The position numbers were made by a program, and so were the translations under genes. 64,000 nt of DNA from a virus: IMG/VR virus record IMGVR_UViG_3300030329_001359, positions 32,001 through 96,000 of that record; one strand, 5' to 3'. The notes under the pieces are model-generated. The model was not told where the DNA came from, made no database searches, and saw only the letters and a program-made list of their open reading frames with translations. Each line of letters opens with the position of its first letter. Within the stretch, counting starts at the first letter, position 1. Shown here piece by piece: positions 1 through 11,016 of this stretch.

Positions 1-2440
1 CGAGGTATCTCATAGAAGGGAATGAGTTCACCCATTTAATAAGTTTCTCAGCACTTTGAGATGTGAACTTGACACCACCTCTTATAAGTGGGGGAAGATT
101 ATTTAACTGTGTAGCTACATTACTATACCCTCCTGTCTTCCCTGTGATGAATGATGTAGACCTTGTATCTGAATCACCAACAGACATCTTAATTCTATTC
201 ACTAAGTAATCAACTACACCTTCAGGGACAACTTGCTGTTTTTCCATTTGCATTAACTTATCTACAGCCTCAACTGTGTCATTCATTAAATCGTTTCTAT
301 GTAATGAAGCAAATATGTTCTTTAAATAATCAGCGTGTACATCAGAATCAGTCCTCATAAAAGAAGCATCAGTCCAAGAAGTAATATGTTTTAAGTTTGG
401 ATTAGCTTGAGCTAAGACCATCCTACTCATAGATTCTATATCATCATCTGTTGTTCTTCCAGATAACCTAGCGTTCATATCTTGTAAATGTTCTAAGCCT
501 TTTTGCATGAGTTTATATTCGTCACTATTTTCATCACCTTGAAACTCTGCAATCTGTTCTTCAAGTCTATCAACAGCGTTATCAAGCATTGTCCATAGGT
601 CTTGCTTTCTAAATATATGAGGGAAATAATTATCTTTCTTTAAAGAGAAAAACGAATCTGGTGTACTGATAGAACCATCTTCATCTGGAGAAGTAGGAGC
701 ACTATAGTTTACTTTAGACCTCATACCCCCTATTGAAAATAGGTTATTCATGAAGTCTTCCATCTCTACTGCATCCATACCAAGTTTCTTTAATCTATTT
801 TCAACTTTAGTTTTTAAACTGTCTAGTTTTTCTCTGTTAGATTTCTCAAAATCTTTAACAGCAGTACCCACAGCTTGATATGTATCTCTCATTTCTCCTA
901 GTGCTTGCCAAAAATTATTATAACCAACCTCTGTCGCAGCTTCACCAGTTGTAGTCTCTTCAATTAATTCTTGAGGAGGTTGTTTTTCTACATACTGAAA
1001 CTGATGCCAAGCTTTTCTTGCGCTACCAGCAAGCATCTCTTTGGTCTCAGGGTCTCTCAATCTGCCATAATATTTTTCTTCTTGCGCTCTATACCAACCT
1101 TCAGCCATATCAATGTTATCCCACTCTGCCATATCATATTCACCATCAGCAAAATTAGTTCTCTTAGCAGGGTCTTCATTTTTATATGGTTCTTTGCTTA
1201 AAAGGATAGCAGTATAAGTTTCTCTACCTCCTACCTCAGTATCTTTAAATAAAGCATACTTATACTGACTACCATCCTTGCCTCTAACAAAATGAACATT
1301 GGGAGTAGACCTTTTTTCATCATTAGTCTCTCCATATTCATAATCTTCTTTCATTTCCTCTAATAAATATGAAACTCTTTTCTTATATTTCTTTTCATAT
1401 TCTCTTCTTTCTTTTGATTCATTTTTTATTGTTCTTTTTATTCCCCTATCCTCATATAAATCAAACTCTGGAGGAATGATTCCAAATTGTACATACCTAA
1501 CTCTACCATCCATTACTTCGTTAATAAAATCTCCAACATAGAATCCAACCATACGATTTCTGACTTCAGTTGCATTAGCATTTAAATGGTCTTTATTTAA
1601 TGCAGATACTTCATCGTTTATAGTTCCATCTTCGTTATAATATTTAACAAGATATACAGGGACTCCCTGTTGAACATCTTCACCTACCAACACAACTCTT
1701 TCACTTGGATTTGGAGCTTCTACTTTGGTAATAAATCCTTCTATACCCCAAGCACTTGCATTATTTAAATTAAATACTGACCTTATTTTAGGGTTGTCCA
1801 TTAGATTGTTTTTAAATTTCTCTAATGTGCTTCTTATTCTATTAGCATAACCCTCATAAGATGAGATTTCATTATCACTAAGTCTCAATCCTTTTCTTAT
1901 TGCTTTCATCATAACACCAAATCTATCTGCCTTGATAGATATAACTTCTGGTGTAAAGGCTGCAACTTCTCTAGGACTTAGCTTACCTTTCTTTAAAATC
2001 TTTTCTCTTTTTTCAGTAATCTCTCTTACTCTTGTTAAAGTAGACTTTACTAATCTTGGACTTTGGAGTATTGTTATTGGGTCTAGATTTAAATTAAATC
2101 TTTTAGAAAAGTATACCCTCCAAGCATCAACAGCATCAATTGGATTGCTATCAAAATTTAATTCTTGAGCTGAACTAAATATATCAGCAGACATCATATC
2201 AAATAATGTGTTATGGTCTGCATACTTAGCTTCTTCACTTCTTAATAACTTAGTAGCTTTCTTTCTTTCTGACCTAGTTACAGCATTATCTAATCTTGCT
2301 TGTGCATTTTTTATTCCAGACTTACTAGGGTATCCAATAAAACTAGCAACAGCAGATATAACATCATTCTTAAATGTGTTTATATCTTGTTGAACTTGAG
2401 TTTCTATACCATCTATAACTGTTTTACAATCTGAAGCCAT
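1..2440 (-). CDS. Large internal virion/ejection protein (partner A), 813+ aa, runs off the left edge; paralog of 57614..60334
   Basis: Absent from the ORF track, consistent with no stop codon before the edge. ATG at 2440 overlaps the upstream TAA (TAATG). Spot translation: MASDCK.., SPREVAAFTPEVISIKADR, KKDNYFPHIF, ANPNLKHIT, LIKWVNSFPSMRYL. These motifs align in order with the 906-aa protein. Confidence 0.8.
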   Translation of the reverse strand, partial: MASDCKTVIDGIETQVQQDINTFKNDVISAVASFIGYPSKSGIKNAQARLDNAVTRSERKKATKLLRSEEAKYADHNTLFDMMSADIFSSAQELNFDSNPIDAVDAWRVYFSKRFNLNLDPITILQSPRLVKSTLTRVREITEKREKILKKGKLSPREVAAFTPEVISIKADRFGVMMKAIRKGLRLSDNEISSYEGYANRIRSTLEKFKNNLMDNPKIRSVFNLNNASAWGIEGFITKVEAPNPSERVVLVGEDVQQGVPVYLVKYYNEDGTINDEVSALNKDHLNANATEVRNRMVGFYVGDFINEVMDGRVRYVQFGIIPPEFDLYEDRGIKRTIKNESKERREYEKKYKKRVSYLLEEMKEDYEYGETNDEKRSTPNVHFVRGKDGSQYKYALFKDTEVGGRETYTAILLSKEPYKNEDPAKRTNFADGEYDMAEWDNIDMAEGWYRAQEEKYYGRLRDPETKEMLAGSARKAWHQFQYVEKQPPQELIEETTTGEAATEVGYNNFWQALGEMRDTYQAVGTAVKDFEKSNREKLDSLKTKVENRLKKLGMDAVEMEDFMNNLFSIGGMRSKVNYSAPTSPDEDGSISTPDSFFSLKKDNYFPHIFRKQDLWTMLDNAVDRLEEQIAEFQGDENSDEYKLMQKGLEHLQDMNARLSGRTTDDDIESMSRMVLAQANPNLKHITSWTDASFMRTDSDVHADYLKNIFASLHRNDLMNDTVEAVDKLMQMEKQQVVPEGVVDYLVNRIKMSVGDSDTRSTSFITGKTGGYSNVATQLNNLPPLIRGGVKFTSQSAEKLIKWVNSFPSMRYL

Positions 2441-5400
2441 TACTTACACCTCGGTTGAATTTGTTGACCAGCTTTCTTATATGCTTTACTACCTTGTATG
2501 CTAAGTTGTGAAAGTTTTTTATACCCAGCCATTGCTTTTTTATTCCCAGTTTGGGCTGAGAAATCAGACTCTTTTAATGCTTTTAAATTCTTTTCAAATA
2601 AAGGTAAAAACTTTGTAAGAACTCTATGACTCATTAAATCAATAGGCATAAGAGTTAATACATTAGTTCTTTTTCCAATCCCTTTTAAAAATAAAGAAGT
2701 CACTAAATCTTGTACACTATCTGGTAATGATAACCAATCTTCTACATGGTCTTCAACAAATTTATTAAGAAATTCATTGTAATCAGCAGATATATGTAAA
2801 GGAACATCATCAGTAGACTCTCTTTGGGCTTCGTGATATATATTCCAAAAAGTTTCATTGAAAGATGTTTTCTTTGTAACCTCACCTTTTTCATTTAAAA
2901 CATCTATTCTATTAGAAACTAAAAATTCGTAAGCCAAAGATAAATCATTGCTACTCCATTTATCTGCATCAAAAGATGGGTCATTACCTAATTCATCTAC
3001 TGTAATACTATGAGCTGCTTGATATGCTTCTTCAGACCAGTCAAGAAAATGGGAACCAGCTTTTTCTACATCTTGTATATCACCTACCATATCATTGTAA
3101 GCAATACCAACACTTGCTATGAGAGATTCACCTGGCGTTATCTTACCATTTGTTTGTATTAAGGCAGGTCTTTCTAGGTTCTTAGGTTTAAACCTCATTC
3201 TTTCTACCATTTTTTGAAATTCTTTTATCATCTGAATACCTAATTCTTCTTTAGGTGCTTTCTTATTTTCATCTGTAAAGAATCTTGATGTAAGGTCTCG
3301 ACTATCCTCTATAATCCTAGACATACTTGCTACATTTCTAGCTGTAGTTAAACCAGATCTTTGCCCACTAAAATTTTGAACTTTAAATACTAGTCTCATA
3401 GTTTTTATATTACCTTTAGTAAGCTCTTCTCCATCACTTCTTTTAAATATTCTTCTAATTACAAAATCATTATTCCAACCAATCTTACTTAATAATCCAA
3501 ACTTCTTATTATCAACAGCCATTTGCAATAGTATTGCTAGCTCACCTTCAACTGTTGTTTTAAGATACATTGGTTCGCCTTTATTATCTATAGATAGACT
3601 TCCAGCCACTTCTCTTTCTTCAATTGGAGCATCTCTAGTTGGAATATCAGATATAATATTAACTTCGTTTCCATCAGCATCAACTATTGTATCTCCATTT
3701 CTATAAATAAGGTCTATTAAATCTCCATTATCTTTATTTAATTGATTTTCATCTAACTCTATATAATCCATAACAACAGAATCACTAGGATTTTTAGCAG
3801 ATATAAAACCACCTTCCATACTATTAAGATAAATCTTAGCTTCTTTATAAGCTAACTGAGTCATAACAACTTTAGCATTTGTAGCCCTACCTTGAGCACC
3901 ACTTACAGCGGCTTCACCTAGTATAGCTGCGTCCCTAGAGTCTTTACTTACATAGGAAGTATTTGAATCTTCTACATCTTCAAGTTTTTCTCCAAACATA
4001 GGAAGAGCAACAACTGTATTTCTATCTTCAAAGGTTTCACTATTTTGCCAATCTTGATATGCTTGTAAAAATTCACCACTAATAAACTCAGCAAATCCGT
4101 GGTCTCCATCCCAGTCACCATCAAGTACCTCAACGACATCACTATTCTTTAGAAACATGGTGTCTCCATGACCACCTTCTACCAAAAATTGTACACGCCT
4201 TGTAACTACACCAGTAACTTTAGCAATAGGTTGACGATGAAGTATAACATTGACACCATCTCCTTGCATCAATGCTTCATTAAGAGCATCTAACTTCTCT
4301 TTTTCATCCATGTTTTTTGAAAAATGTTTCCAAAGACCATTAGCATCCCAGTCTTTTGCATATGGAATAGCATTTACAATAGAGTCTCTATTTAATGAAG
4401 CCCAATGTTCTATAGCTTTAAATCTTACAGTTGAGTTATCATAACTAACAGCTACATTACCATCATCTATAAGATTATTAAGATGCCTTGCTGGTTTTAG
4501 ATATGCATGAGTAGCATTTCCTTTAGCTAATTGTCTACCTTTATAGATACCATCAGTAAAATATCTATTCTTTAAATAAGATACGAATAAATTTGTAATA
4601 TACTTATGAGCTACTCCCTCACCACCAGTTTCTTCAAGTAAGTCCATCCACTTTTCAGCATCTGTTGGTATTCTTCCTTCTTCCCTAGTCCTTTTAACTG
4701 CATTTAAAAATGTCTTAGGATTCTTTCTCATTGATTTAAGCATAGATAAATAATCTTTAGCAACATCACCATAATGTTTCATTATAGCTTTTGCTAAATT
4801 CATAGCTTCTGGAGTGTCAGGGTTTTCAATAATAGAAGGGTCTAACAATATCTCACCGAGAGCTATAGGATGAGCTGCAGTATTAGATGAACCTACTGGA
4901 TTCATAATGATTTTAACATCACTTTCAAGTAGGTCATGTATAACATAGTCATCTCTAAACTTCCCAGCCCTTTGTTTACTTTCATTATTGGTATTCAAGT
5001 GGTCAAATTCACCAGTTACATTACCATTTTCATCTAGTGCTTCAAAATATGTACCATCAGCACCCTCGATAACCCTAGCAAATGGAAAGTTTTCCCCAGG
5101 TCTATAGTATTCTTCACCTTTAAACGGAACCATTTGAAGATGCTTCATTGCTATATAGTCATCTTCTTTATTTTCATTAAATGTTTTATGTCTTATAACA
5201 GTTTTAATAGCTGATAATTCTGGAGTTCCAATATTTTCTCCAAGTCTATTAAACCACCTAGAGCCACTTTGAGTATGTCCATCTCCATCTCCAAGAACAC
5301 CACTTTCTAATACTGTACCATCATCCATAGTTTTTCTAACTATAGTACCTCTTGGAACAATCATAACTTTAGAATTTAAACTACCATCTCCTGTATGTGG

Positions 5401-8400
5401 ATTATAACCATTGGTAAGGTCAAGCCTTAGCCTATTATAAGTATCAAGAATATGTTTTTCATCCATAGCATAAGTATCATACTTGATTGCTTTCATATAT
5501 TCATGTATACCTATAGCTTGTTGTATTCTCATATTTTTAACATATGGAACAATTTCTCTTGCTACTCTTATTTTAGAATCTTTTAAAGTTTCTCCCTCCA
5601 ATAGTTCAGGAGTATAAGTTTTTATAAAATCAACAATCCATTTCTTAACAGCTTTATCTTTTCTCAGCCAATCTTCAAGCATTACTTCAACATGGTCTTT
5701 TCTTAACCTACCTGCTGCAACTTCAGCGTTCAAGTAATTCTCGAAGTCAGCCTCTGTAAAGTCAGCATATTGGTTATCTGCCTTACCCATTAAAATAGAA
5801 TTATCATTTCCACCTTTCATTCCAATAATAAATAATAAATTAGCATCATCTTTGCCATGCTTTATAACTTGTCTTATATAGCTTTTATGTTCAGAATCTT
5901 CTATACTGTTTAACACTTCCTCTGTAAGTTTTGTACTTGCTTGCCAATATATATATTCACCTTCATCATTCAACCATTCATTCATTATATCTTTCGTTCT
6001 AAAATGAATAATTTTTTTATTATGCTTTCCAAGTCTTAAATCTTCTTCAAAGAAATTTGTAGTTTCGTACTGAGATTCTTTTGTTTTAGTGTCCAATCTT
6101 TCTACTGGGGAAACCCTAACTCTTCTTTTTGTCTTTGTTTTTTTCCCTGTTGGTAGTATCAAAGACCTATAAACCCTAGTAAACAACCCTTCTTGTTGCT
6201 TTGGAACATATCTAGGTATCTTATTTCTATCTTTAAGATATGTTATTTTTAAATCATTTAAATCATCTTGATTATATTCTGTTTTTATATTAACTCTATA
6301 TGATTTTTCTTTAGCTTGTTCTTTAGCCCAATCTTTAATAGCCTCAATATATTCTTCAAATGTATCATTCTGTTGAGCCATTTCAGAAAGAATTGGTACT
6401 TGAGCTTTTGATATATGTACACCAAATACTCTATGAAAAAATTCTGATTGATGTAAATCTGAAGGAATGTCACTAGAGCTATGCCTACTGCTATTCACAC
6501 CAGTATCATTGCCATCCTCATCAGTAGCTCCTTGTTCTTGAAACTTTGCATAAGGGTCATACTCTAATCCTACCTTACCTGCCCATCTACCTTGATAAAA
6601 CTCTTCAGCAACAAAGTCGCCAAGAGCATCGTCAGGTACTTCCCTGAATATATTTCTTAATCTATTAGCAAATTGTTTTAACCATATTTTAATCCTGTTA
6701 AGAATGCTCCTGTTTTGTATCCTATTGGCATAATACTCGCCTATGTATTGTACAAGTTTCTCTTCACTTCCAAATTGATTAATAGCTCTTTTAATTAAAT
6801 CTGTATCTTTAAGTAATCCTACATATATATGAGCATATTCGTGTGGCATAGTATCTAAAGTAGCATCTGTACTCGACCATAAGGCTACATTACTTATAGC
6901 AACACCAACAGCTCTCTTACCATTCTCTTCCAGTACTCCTTCAAATGTAGCATCTGTTATGTAATTACCAAAATGTCTACGAAGTCTTGATACAATTTTT
7001 TCAGCAAGTTCAGCATTAGAAGTTATTTTAGGTAATGGAGATACTTTAACCTCTTGGAACATATTTATATTTTCATCATCATCCTGTTCAATATCCCCTG
7101 TATTAGTATCACCAGTTTCTTCTTCTGTATTACTAGCCATATTACCAAGAACTGTATCTAGGAAATTACCTATTGTTTCATCATCTGGCTCTTCTCCAAG
7201 ACCTATTGGAGTTTCATCCTTTTTTTCTTTTACTTCTTCTTTTGGAGGAAGTTCTTGAGGTATGTTTTCTGAAAGTTTATTAGGCTCTATAATTGAATCA
7301 ACAAAAGCTTTATCAAAATCTAAAGATACACCAGATTCAGGTGTTAAAGATGTTATCTTACCTCTCTTATTATATTTAACTTGGAATGGAAATATTGCTA
7401 TCTTCTCAACTCTAACACCATATTGATTCTCAACTAATCGTTTATAAGCACTTAATTGAGCTTCATGTTGTTGTTTTTTACTTCTTTCTATTCCATTGCC
7501 CTTCCATACTTTAGTGTAAGCCCCTGTTTTTGTAGATGCTTTACTTGTTTTGACATCCCATATTTGTATATTACCAGTTTTAGGATTCAAAACAAACAAG
7601 TCTACTTCCCCAGCTACACCACTTCCATCATCCCAAACAATAATATTATTAGCGAGTACCCTAAGACCTTTGGCATCTATTTTTTTCTTAACTTCTCCTA
7701 AAGCTCTCATTAAGTCATCAAATGCATCTTTAGACATATCTATGTCTGTATGTACTGGTACCTCACCATCTGTAAAGAAAGCACGAACAAGACCATCAAC
7801 TGTATTACCTGCTTTGATTGCACTTTTGTCTGGTTCTCCACTATATGTAGTACCTATAACATTTGAAACCCTTTGGTAACTAACTCCATCAATTAAATAA
7901 TCTTTAGTTCTTTGTTCAGCTCTAAATTGATTTTCATTTACTTCAGATTCTAATTCTTCTATTGATTCTGGAGCTGTAGCTACGTCAGGAGCACCTTCAG
8001 GTAATTCAGGTTTACCTTCTATATCTGCTGTTGTAACATCATCTTTAGATTTTAAAGTTGCTCTAGGTCTTGCATATCTTACACCCCCAACTATTCTTCC
8101 TTTAATAGCAGATATAAGATTAGACCTTTCATCTGAAGTCATATCATCTATGTTTCTTTTACCAGTAACATTTTCAGAAAAATCCATAAACTCTTTATTA
8201 TCATCCCAAGCTATGCCCTTAGCTTCGGCTTCTCTATGTACATCTTCAGCAGTAACTTCAGCAGGAGTTGTTAAAGTTTCAACTTTTCCTTGTGAAGCTT
8301 CTATATTTGATAACATTCCCTGCAATACCTTTACATTAGCAATCTGGTCTTCCCCAATTTTCCTATTCATTGCTGATGTTCCAACTTCACGATTAATATA

Positions 8401-11007
8401 ATTAAGAATTGCACCTCGCCTACCTCTTTGTACTTCGAGAGAATATTCAATACCTTTTTTAATATCAACTCCATTACCTTGAATATCAACAGTCGAAATA
8501 AACTTTGCTGGTAAGCTTTTAAATACTTCTTGTGATTCTGGAGAAGTAAGTTCTTTTGGTATTTCAACTTCTGCTAAAGTTTCAACTTCTCCTTTTAAAG
8601 CTTTCTTAAGCATTTCTCTTTCATTAGGGAGCATTTTAGAAATTGAATCTGTTCCTATAAGTTTCTTAGCAAAATCTTTAAATTCTTTACTATCAATACC
8701 TCCTTCAAATTTATTTTTTGCTAATTCGGCTATAGATTCTGTTGGTGAATCTGGTGCTTTATCTGGCTCTCCAAATATATCAGCTTCAGTTACTTCATCT
8801 GTAGTAACTTTAGGTTCAGGCTTAGGTGTTACCTTTTCTCTAAGAAGAGCTTCTACTTCTTGATTTTTATCTTGCCTAACCATCTCCTCATTTTTAGTTA
8901 AAGGCTTACCTTCTGCTATCTTATTAGCTATATTTACAAGTACACCTTGAGGAACTTCACCAGTTTGTACAAATTTCTTTCTTATAGATTTAGTTATAAC
9001 TTGAGGTTTTACTTCTTTAGGAGCTTTTGTTTCAACATCTGGAGTAGTTTGTTCTTGTATTTGAGAAGGTGTAACATATTTAATCGGTCCAGTTAGTTTA
9101 CCATCTTCTCCAACTTCTCTTATCTTATACATTTTTGGACCAGCACCAAGAACAGCAACTTGTTTACCTTCAAAGCCTTGTATATTTTTACCTTCAAGCT
9201 TGTCAGGAAGAGTAATTGTTTTACCTTTTAATGTTTTGTCTGGTACATTTACTTTAGGTTTTTCTTCTGCAACATCAGCACCAGTAATCTTTTTAATTAT
9301 AGCCCTCTGAGCTGCTTCAATATCTTCTGGTTCTTCTTCTAATTGTACACCTATATCTTTATCTGAAGGTTCTTCTTTGGGAACAAATAAAGATTCATCT
9401 ACTGGCTCTTCTAACCAAGCTGGGGAAAAGTTAATATCTGGAGCTTCAGGTGACTGAGTTAAATCTGCTGGAGCTTCTTTCTCTACAATGCTACCCTTTT
9501 GAGCAAATGCTTTAAGAGCATTAATCATCTCTTGAGTATCTTCTGTATTTATCTGTCTTTGATTTGGATTTTGTTGGTTTAACTTTTCAGTAGCTAACCT
9601 TAATATTGAATCTCTATCTGGATGATTTTCTATTGCAGATATAACAGTAGGGTCATCAACAATTAATGAAAGAATTGCATTTGAAGAAGACTGTGCTTGT
9701 TTATTTTTTGCAATAGACTTAGAAGTTTTATCATCTCCCTCTTTAAAATCATCCCAAAATTCACCCATTCTTTCTCTTGGGTTAGCAAGAGCAGATAAAT
9801 AATCATCTACAACATCAGCACTTGGTGGTCTAGCATCTGGATCATCTGGGTCAAATGGTTCAAAAGCATTAGCTGCAGCTTTATTCTTAACAGACTCTAG
9901 TATTCTTTCTGATTGCCTTTGAGATACAGCTTTACCCCGCCCAGGTAAAAATATTCCAAATGGAACACCCATGACACCACCACCATAAGCTTCTTCTAAT
10001 ACACCTTCTGTTTTAGCTATTTCTGTTAGTGTCTTTAAGAACTCTCTATTGTTTTCAAATCCATGCTCTGTTGCATATAAACTTGTTTGTTCTAATGTAG
10101 CTTGAGACCATTCAGTTCCACCTTCAATCATAGCTTTTTCTACCATATTGGTCAATCTAGCTACGTTATTCATACCCATTCTTGCGATTGTTCCCTTATT
10201 AGCCCCAGACTCTACAAGAGATTCAGTAATTTTTCTCATCATGGCTTTCTCTGGAATCATTTCTTTAAACCCAGGGACGCCTTTCATCAATGACCTAGCA
10301 CCAGTTCTTTCAAGCATTGAAGCTAAGATACCATATGTAGTAGCCGCTAACCCAGCGTATTCCCTAGCTTCTTCTGGCTCCATACCCATATCATCAACCA
10401 TTAAATTCATTTGTTCTATATAATTACTAGAGCTTTCTAATAAGAACATAGGAGCAAGAGAGGCAACTGTTGCTGTCAAAGACGTACCACCAGTAGAAGG
10501 AGCAAGTGCGATACCCATAGCAGTGCCAGCAACACTAGTTGCCAAAGAAGGAATAACTTCAGACATAGCCCTCATAGTCGTGTCAAATCCAGTCCAAGAA
10601 GGCTCATCTTCTTTCCATGAATAATAAGCTTGAAGTTCAGGGTCTCTAGCTACGCTTTCAGCTACAGACTCATTAGCCCATTTTCTTAAATCTTCAGATG
10701 CTTTTACTGCCCATTCAGAACTTGAAAGAGCTAAAGCATTTCCAACAGAACCAGCCACCAAGTTATGACCCATAGTATCTGCTGTATGTATCATTCTTTT
10801 TAAGAAACCAGCAGAATCTTTCTTCCCTTCCATTTCATACCTAGCAACACCAGAAGGCAAAGAACGAAGATGTTGTCTTCGTATCTCAGCCATCGTTTCA
10901 TCTGTGGCTTGTATTACTTGTTGTGGACTAGGTGTTTCTCCAAGCTCTTGAAACCTTTGAAGAACTTGAAGCTTAACGGTCATTCTATCTGGCAGACGTT
11001 CAGCCAT
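2440..11007 (-). CDS. Giant virion polyprotein (2855 aa): hydrophobic N-terminal region, acidic linker, PD-(D/E)XK nuclease, zincin-like HExxH domain and C-terminal two-barrel RNA polymerase (RNAP-1)
   Basis: Beta'-like barrel VILHRQP...VLDGDWDGDH (DWDGD at 4102-4116). Beta-like barrel DGDG/AIKTV/AMKH/FDHLNTNNESK. Nuclease AGEVDL..IWDVKTS..QLSAY (~7300-7900). HEYAH at 6829-6843 followed by EEKLV. Confidence 0.85.
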   Translation of the reverse strand: MAERLPDRMTVKLQVLQRFQELGETPSPQQVIQATDETMAEIRRQHLRSLPSGVARYEMEGKKDSAGFLKRMIHTADTMGHNLVAGSVGNALALSSSEWAVKASEDLRKWANESVAESVARDPELQAYYSWKEDEPSWTGFDTTMRAMSEVIPSLATSVAGTAMGIALAPSTGGTSLTATVASLAPMFLLESSSNYIEQMNLMVDDMGMEPEEAREYAGLAATTYGILASMLERTGARSLMKGVPGFKEMIPEKAMMRKITESLVESGANKGTIARMGMNNVARLTNMVEKAMIEGGTEWSQATLEQTSLYATEHGFENNREFLKTLTEIAKTEGVLEEAYGGGVMGVPFGIFLPGRGKAVSQRQSERILESVKNKAAANAFEPFDPDDPDARPPSADVVDDYLSALANPRERMGEFWDDFKEGDDKTSKSIAKNKQAQSSSNAILSLIVDDPTVISAIENHPDRDSILRLATEKLNQQNPNQRQINTEDTQEMINALKAFAQKGSIVEKEAPADLTQSPEAPDINFSPAWLEEPVDESLFVPKEEPSDKDIGVQLEEEPEDIEAAQRAIIKKITGADVAEEKPKVNVPDKTLKGKTITLPDKLEGKNIQGFEGKQVAVLGAGPKMYKIREVGEDGKLTGPIKYVTPSQIQEQTTPDVETKAPKEVKPQVITKSIRKKFVQTGEVPQGVLVNIANKIAEGKPLTKNEEMVRQDKNQEVEALLREKVTPKPEPKVTTDEVTEADIFGEPDKAPDSPTESIAELAKNKFEGGIDSKEFKDFAKKLIGTDSISKMLPNEREMLKKALKGEVETLAEVEIPKELTSPESQEVFKSLPAKFISTVDIQGNGVDIKKGIEYSLEVQRGRRGAILNYINREVGTSAMNRKIGEDQIANVKVLQGMLSNIEASQGKVETLTTPAEVTAEDVHREAEAKGIAWDDNKEFMDFSENVTGKRNIDDMTSDERSNLISAIKGRIVGGVRYARPRATLKSKDDVTTADIEGKPELPEGAPDVATAPESIEELESEVNENQFRAEQRTKDYLIDGVSYQRVSNVIGTTYSGEPDKSAIKAGNTVDGLVRAFFTDGEVPVHTDIDMSKDAFDDLMRALGEVKKKIDAKGLRVLANNIIVWDDGSGVAGEVDLFVLNPKTGNIQIWDVKTSKASTKTGAYTKVWKGNGIERSKKQQHEAQLSAYKRLVENQYGVRVEKIAIFPFQVKYNKRGKITSLTPESGVSLDFDKAFVDSIIEPNKLSENIPQELPPKEEVKEKKDETPIGLGEEPDDETIGNFLDTVLGNMASNTEEETGDTNTGDIEQDDDENINMFQEVKVSPLPKITSNAELAEKIVSRLRRHFGNYITDATFEGVLEENGKRAVGVAISNVALWSSTDATLDTMPHEYAHIYVGLLKDTDLIKRAINQFGSEEKLVQYIGEYYANRIQNRSILNRIKIWLKQFANRLRNIFREVPDDALGDFVAEEFYQGRWAGKVGLEYDPYAKFQEQGATDEDGNDTGVNSSRHSSSDIPSDLHQSEFFHRVFGVHISKAQVPILSEMAQQNDTFEEYIEAIKDWAKEQAKEKSYRVNIKTEYNQDDLNDLKITYLKDRNKIPRYVPKQQEGLFTRVYRSLILPTGKKTKTKRRVRVSPVERLDTKTKESQYETTNFFEEDLRLGKHNKKIIHFRTKDIMNEWLNDEGEYIYWQASTKLTEEVLNSIEDSEHKSYIRQVIKHGKDDANLLFIIGMKGGNDNSILMGKADNQYADFTEADFENYLNAEVAAGRLRKDHVEVMLEDWLRKDKAVKKWIVDFIKTYTPELLEGETLKDSKIRVAREIVPYVKNMRIQQAIGIHEYMKAIKYDTYAMDEKHILDTYNRLRLDLTNGYNPHTGDGSLNSKVMIVPRGTIVRKTMDDGTVLESGVLGDGDGHTQSGSRWFNRLGENIGTPELSAIKTVIRHKTFNENKEDDYIAMKHLQMVPFKGEEYYRPGENFPFARVIEGADGTYFEALDENGNVTGEFDHLNTNNESKQRAGKFRDDYVIHDLLESDVKIIMNPVGSSNTAAHPIALGEILLDPSIIENPDTPEAMNLAKAIMKHYGDVAKDYLSMLKSMRKNPKTFLNAVKRTREEGRIPTDAEKWMDLLEETGGEGVAHKYITNLFVSYLKNRYFTDGIYKGRQLAKGNATHAYLKPARHLNNLIDDGNVAVSYDNSTVRFKAIEHWASLNRDSIVNAIPYAKDWDANGLWKHFSKNMDEKEKLDALNEALMQGDGVNVILHRQPIAKVTGVVTRRVQFLVEGGHGDTMFLKNSDVVEVLDGDWDGDHGFAEFISGEFLQAYQDWQNSETFEDRNTVVALPMFGEKLEDVEDSNTSYVSKDSRDAAILGEAAVSGAQGRATNAKVVMTQLAYKEAKIYLNSMEGGFISAKNPSDSVVMDYIELDENQLNKDNGDLIDLIYRNGDTIVDADGNEVNIISDIPTRDAPIEEREVAGSLSIDNKGEPMYLKTTVEGELAILLQMAVDNKKFGLLSKIGWNNDFVIRRIFKRSDGEELTKGNIKTMRLVFKVQNFSGQRSGLTTARNVASMSRIIEDSRDLTSRFFTDENKKAPKEELGIQMIKEFQKMVERMRFKPKNLERPALIQTNGKITPGESLIASVGIAYNDMVGDIQDVEKAGSHFLDWSEEAYQAAHSITVDELGNDPSFDADKWSSNDLSLAYEFLVSNRIDVLNEKGEVTKKTSFNETFWNIYHEAQRESTDDVPLHISADYNEFLNKFVEDHVEDWLSLPDSVQDLVTSLFLKGIGKRTNVLTLMPIDLMSHRVLTKFLPLFEKNLKALKESDFSAQTGNKKAMAGYKKLSQLSIQGSKAYKKAGQQIQPRCK

Positions 11008-11016
11008 ATATTACCT

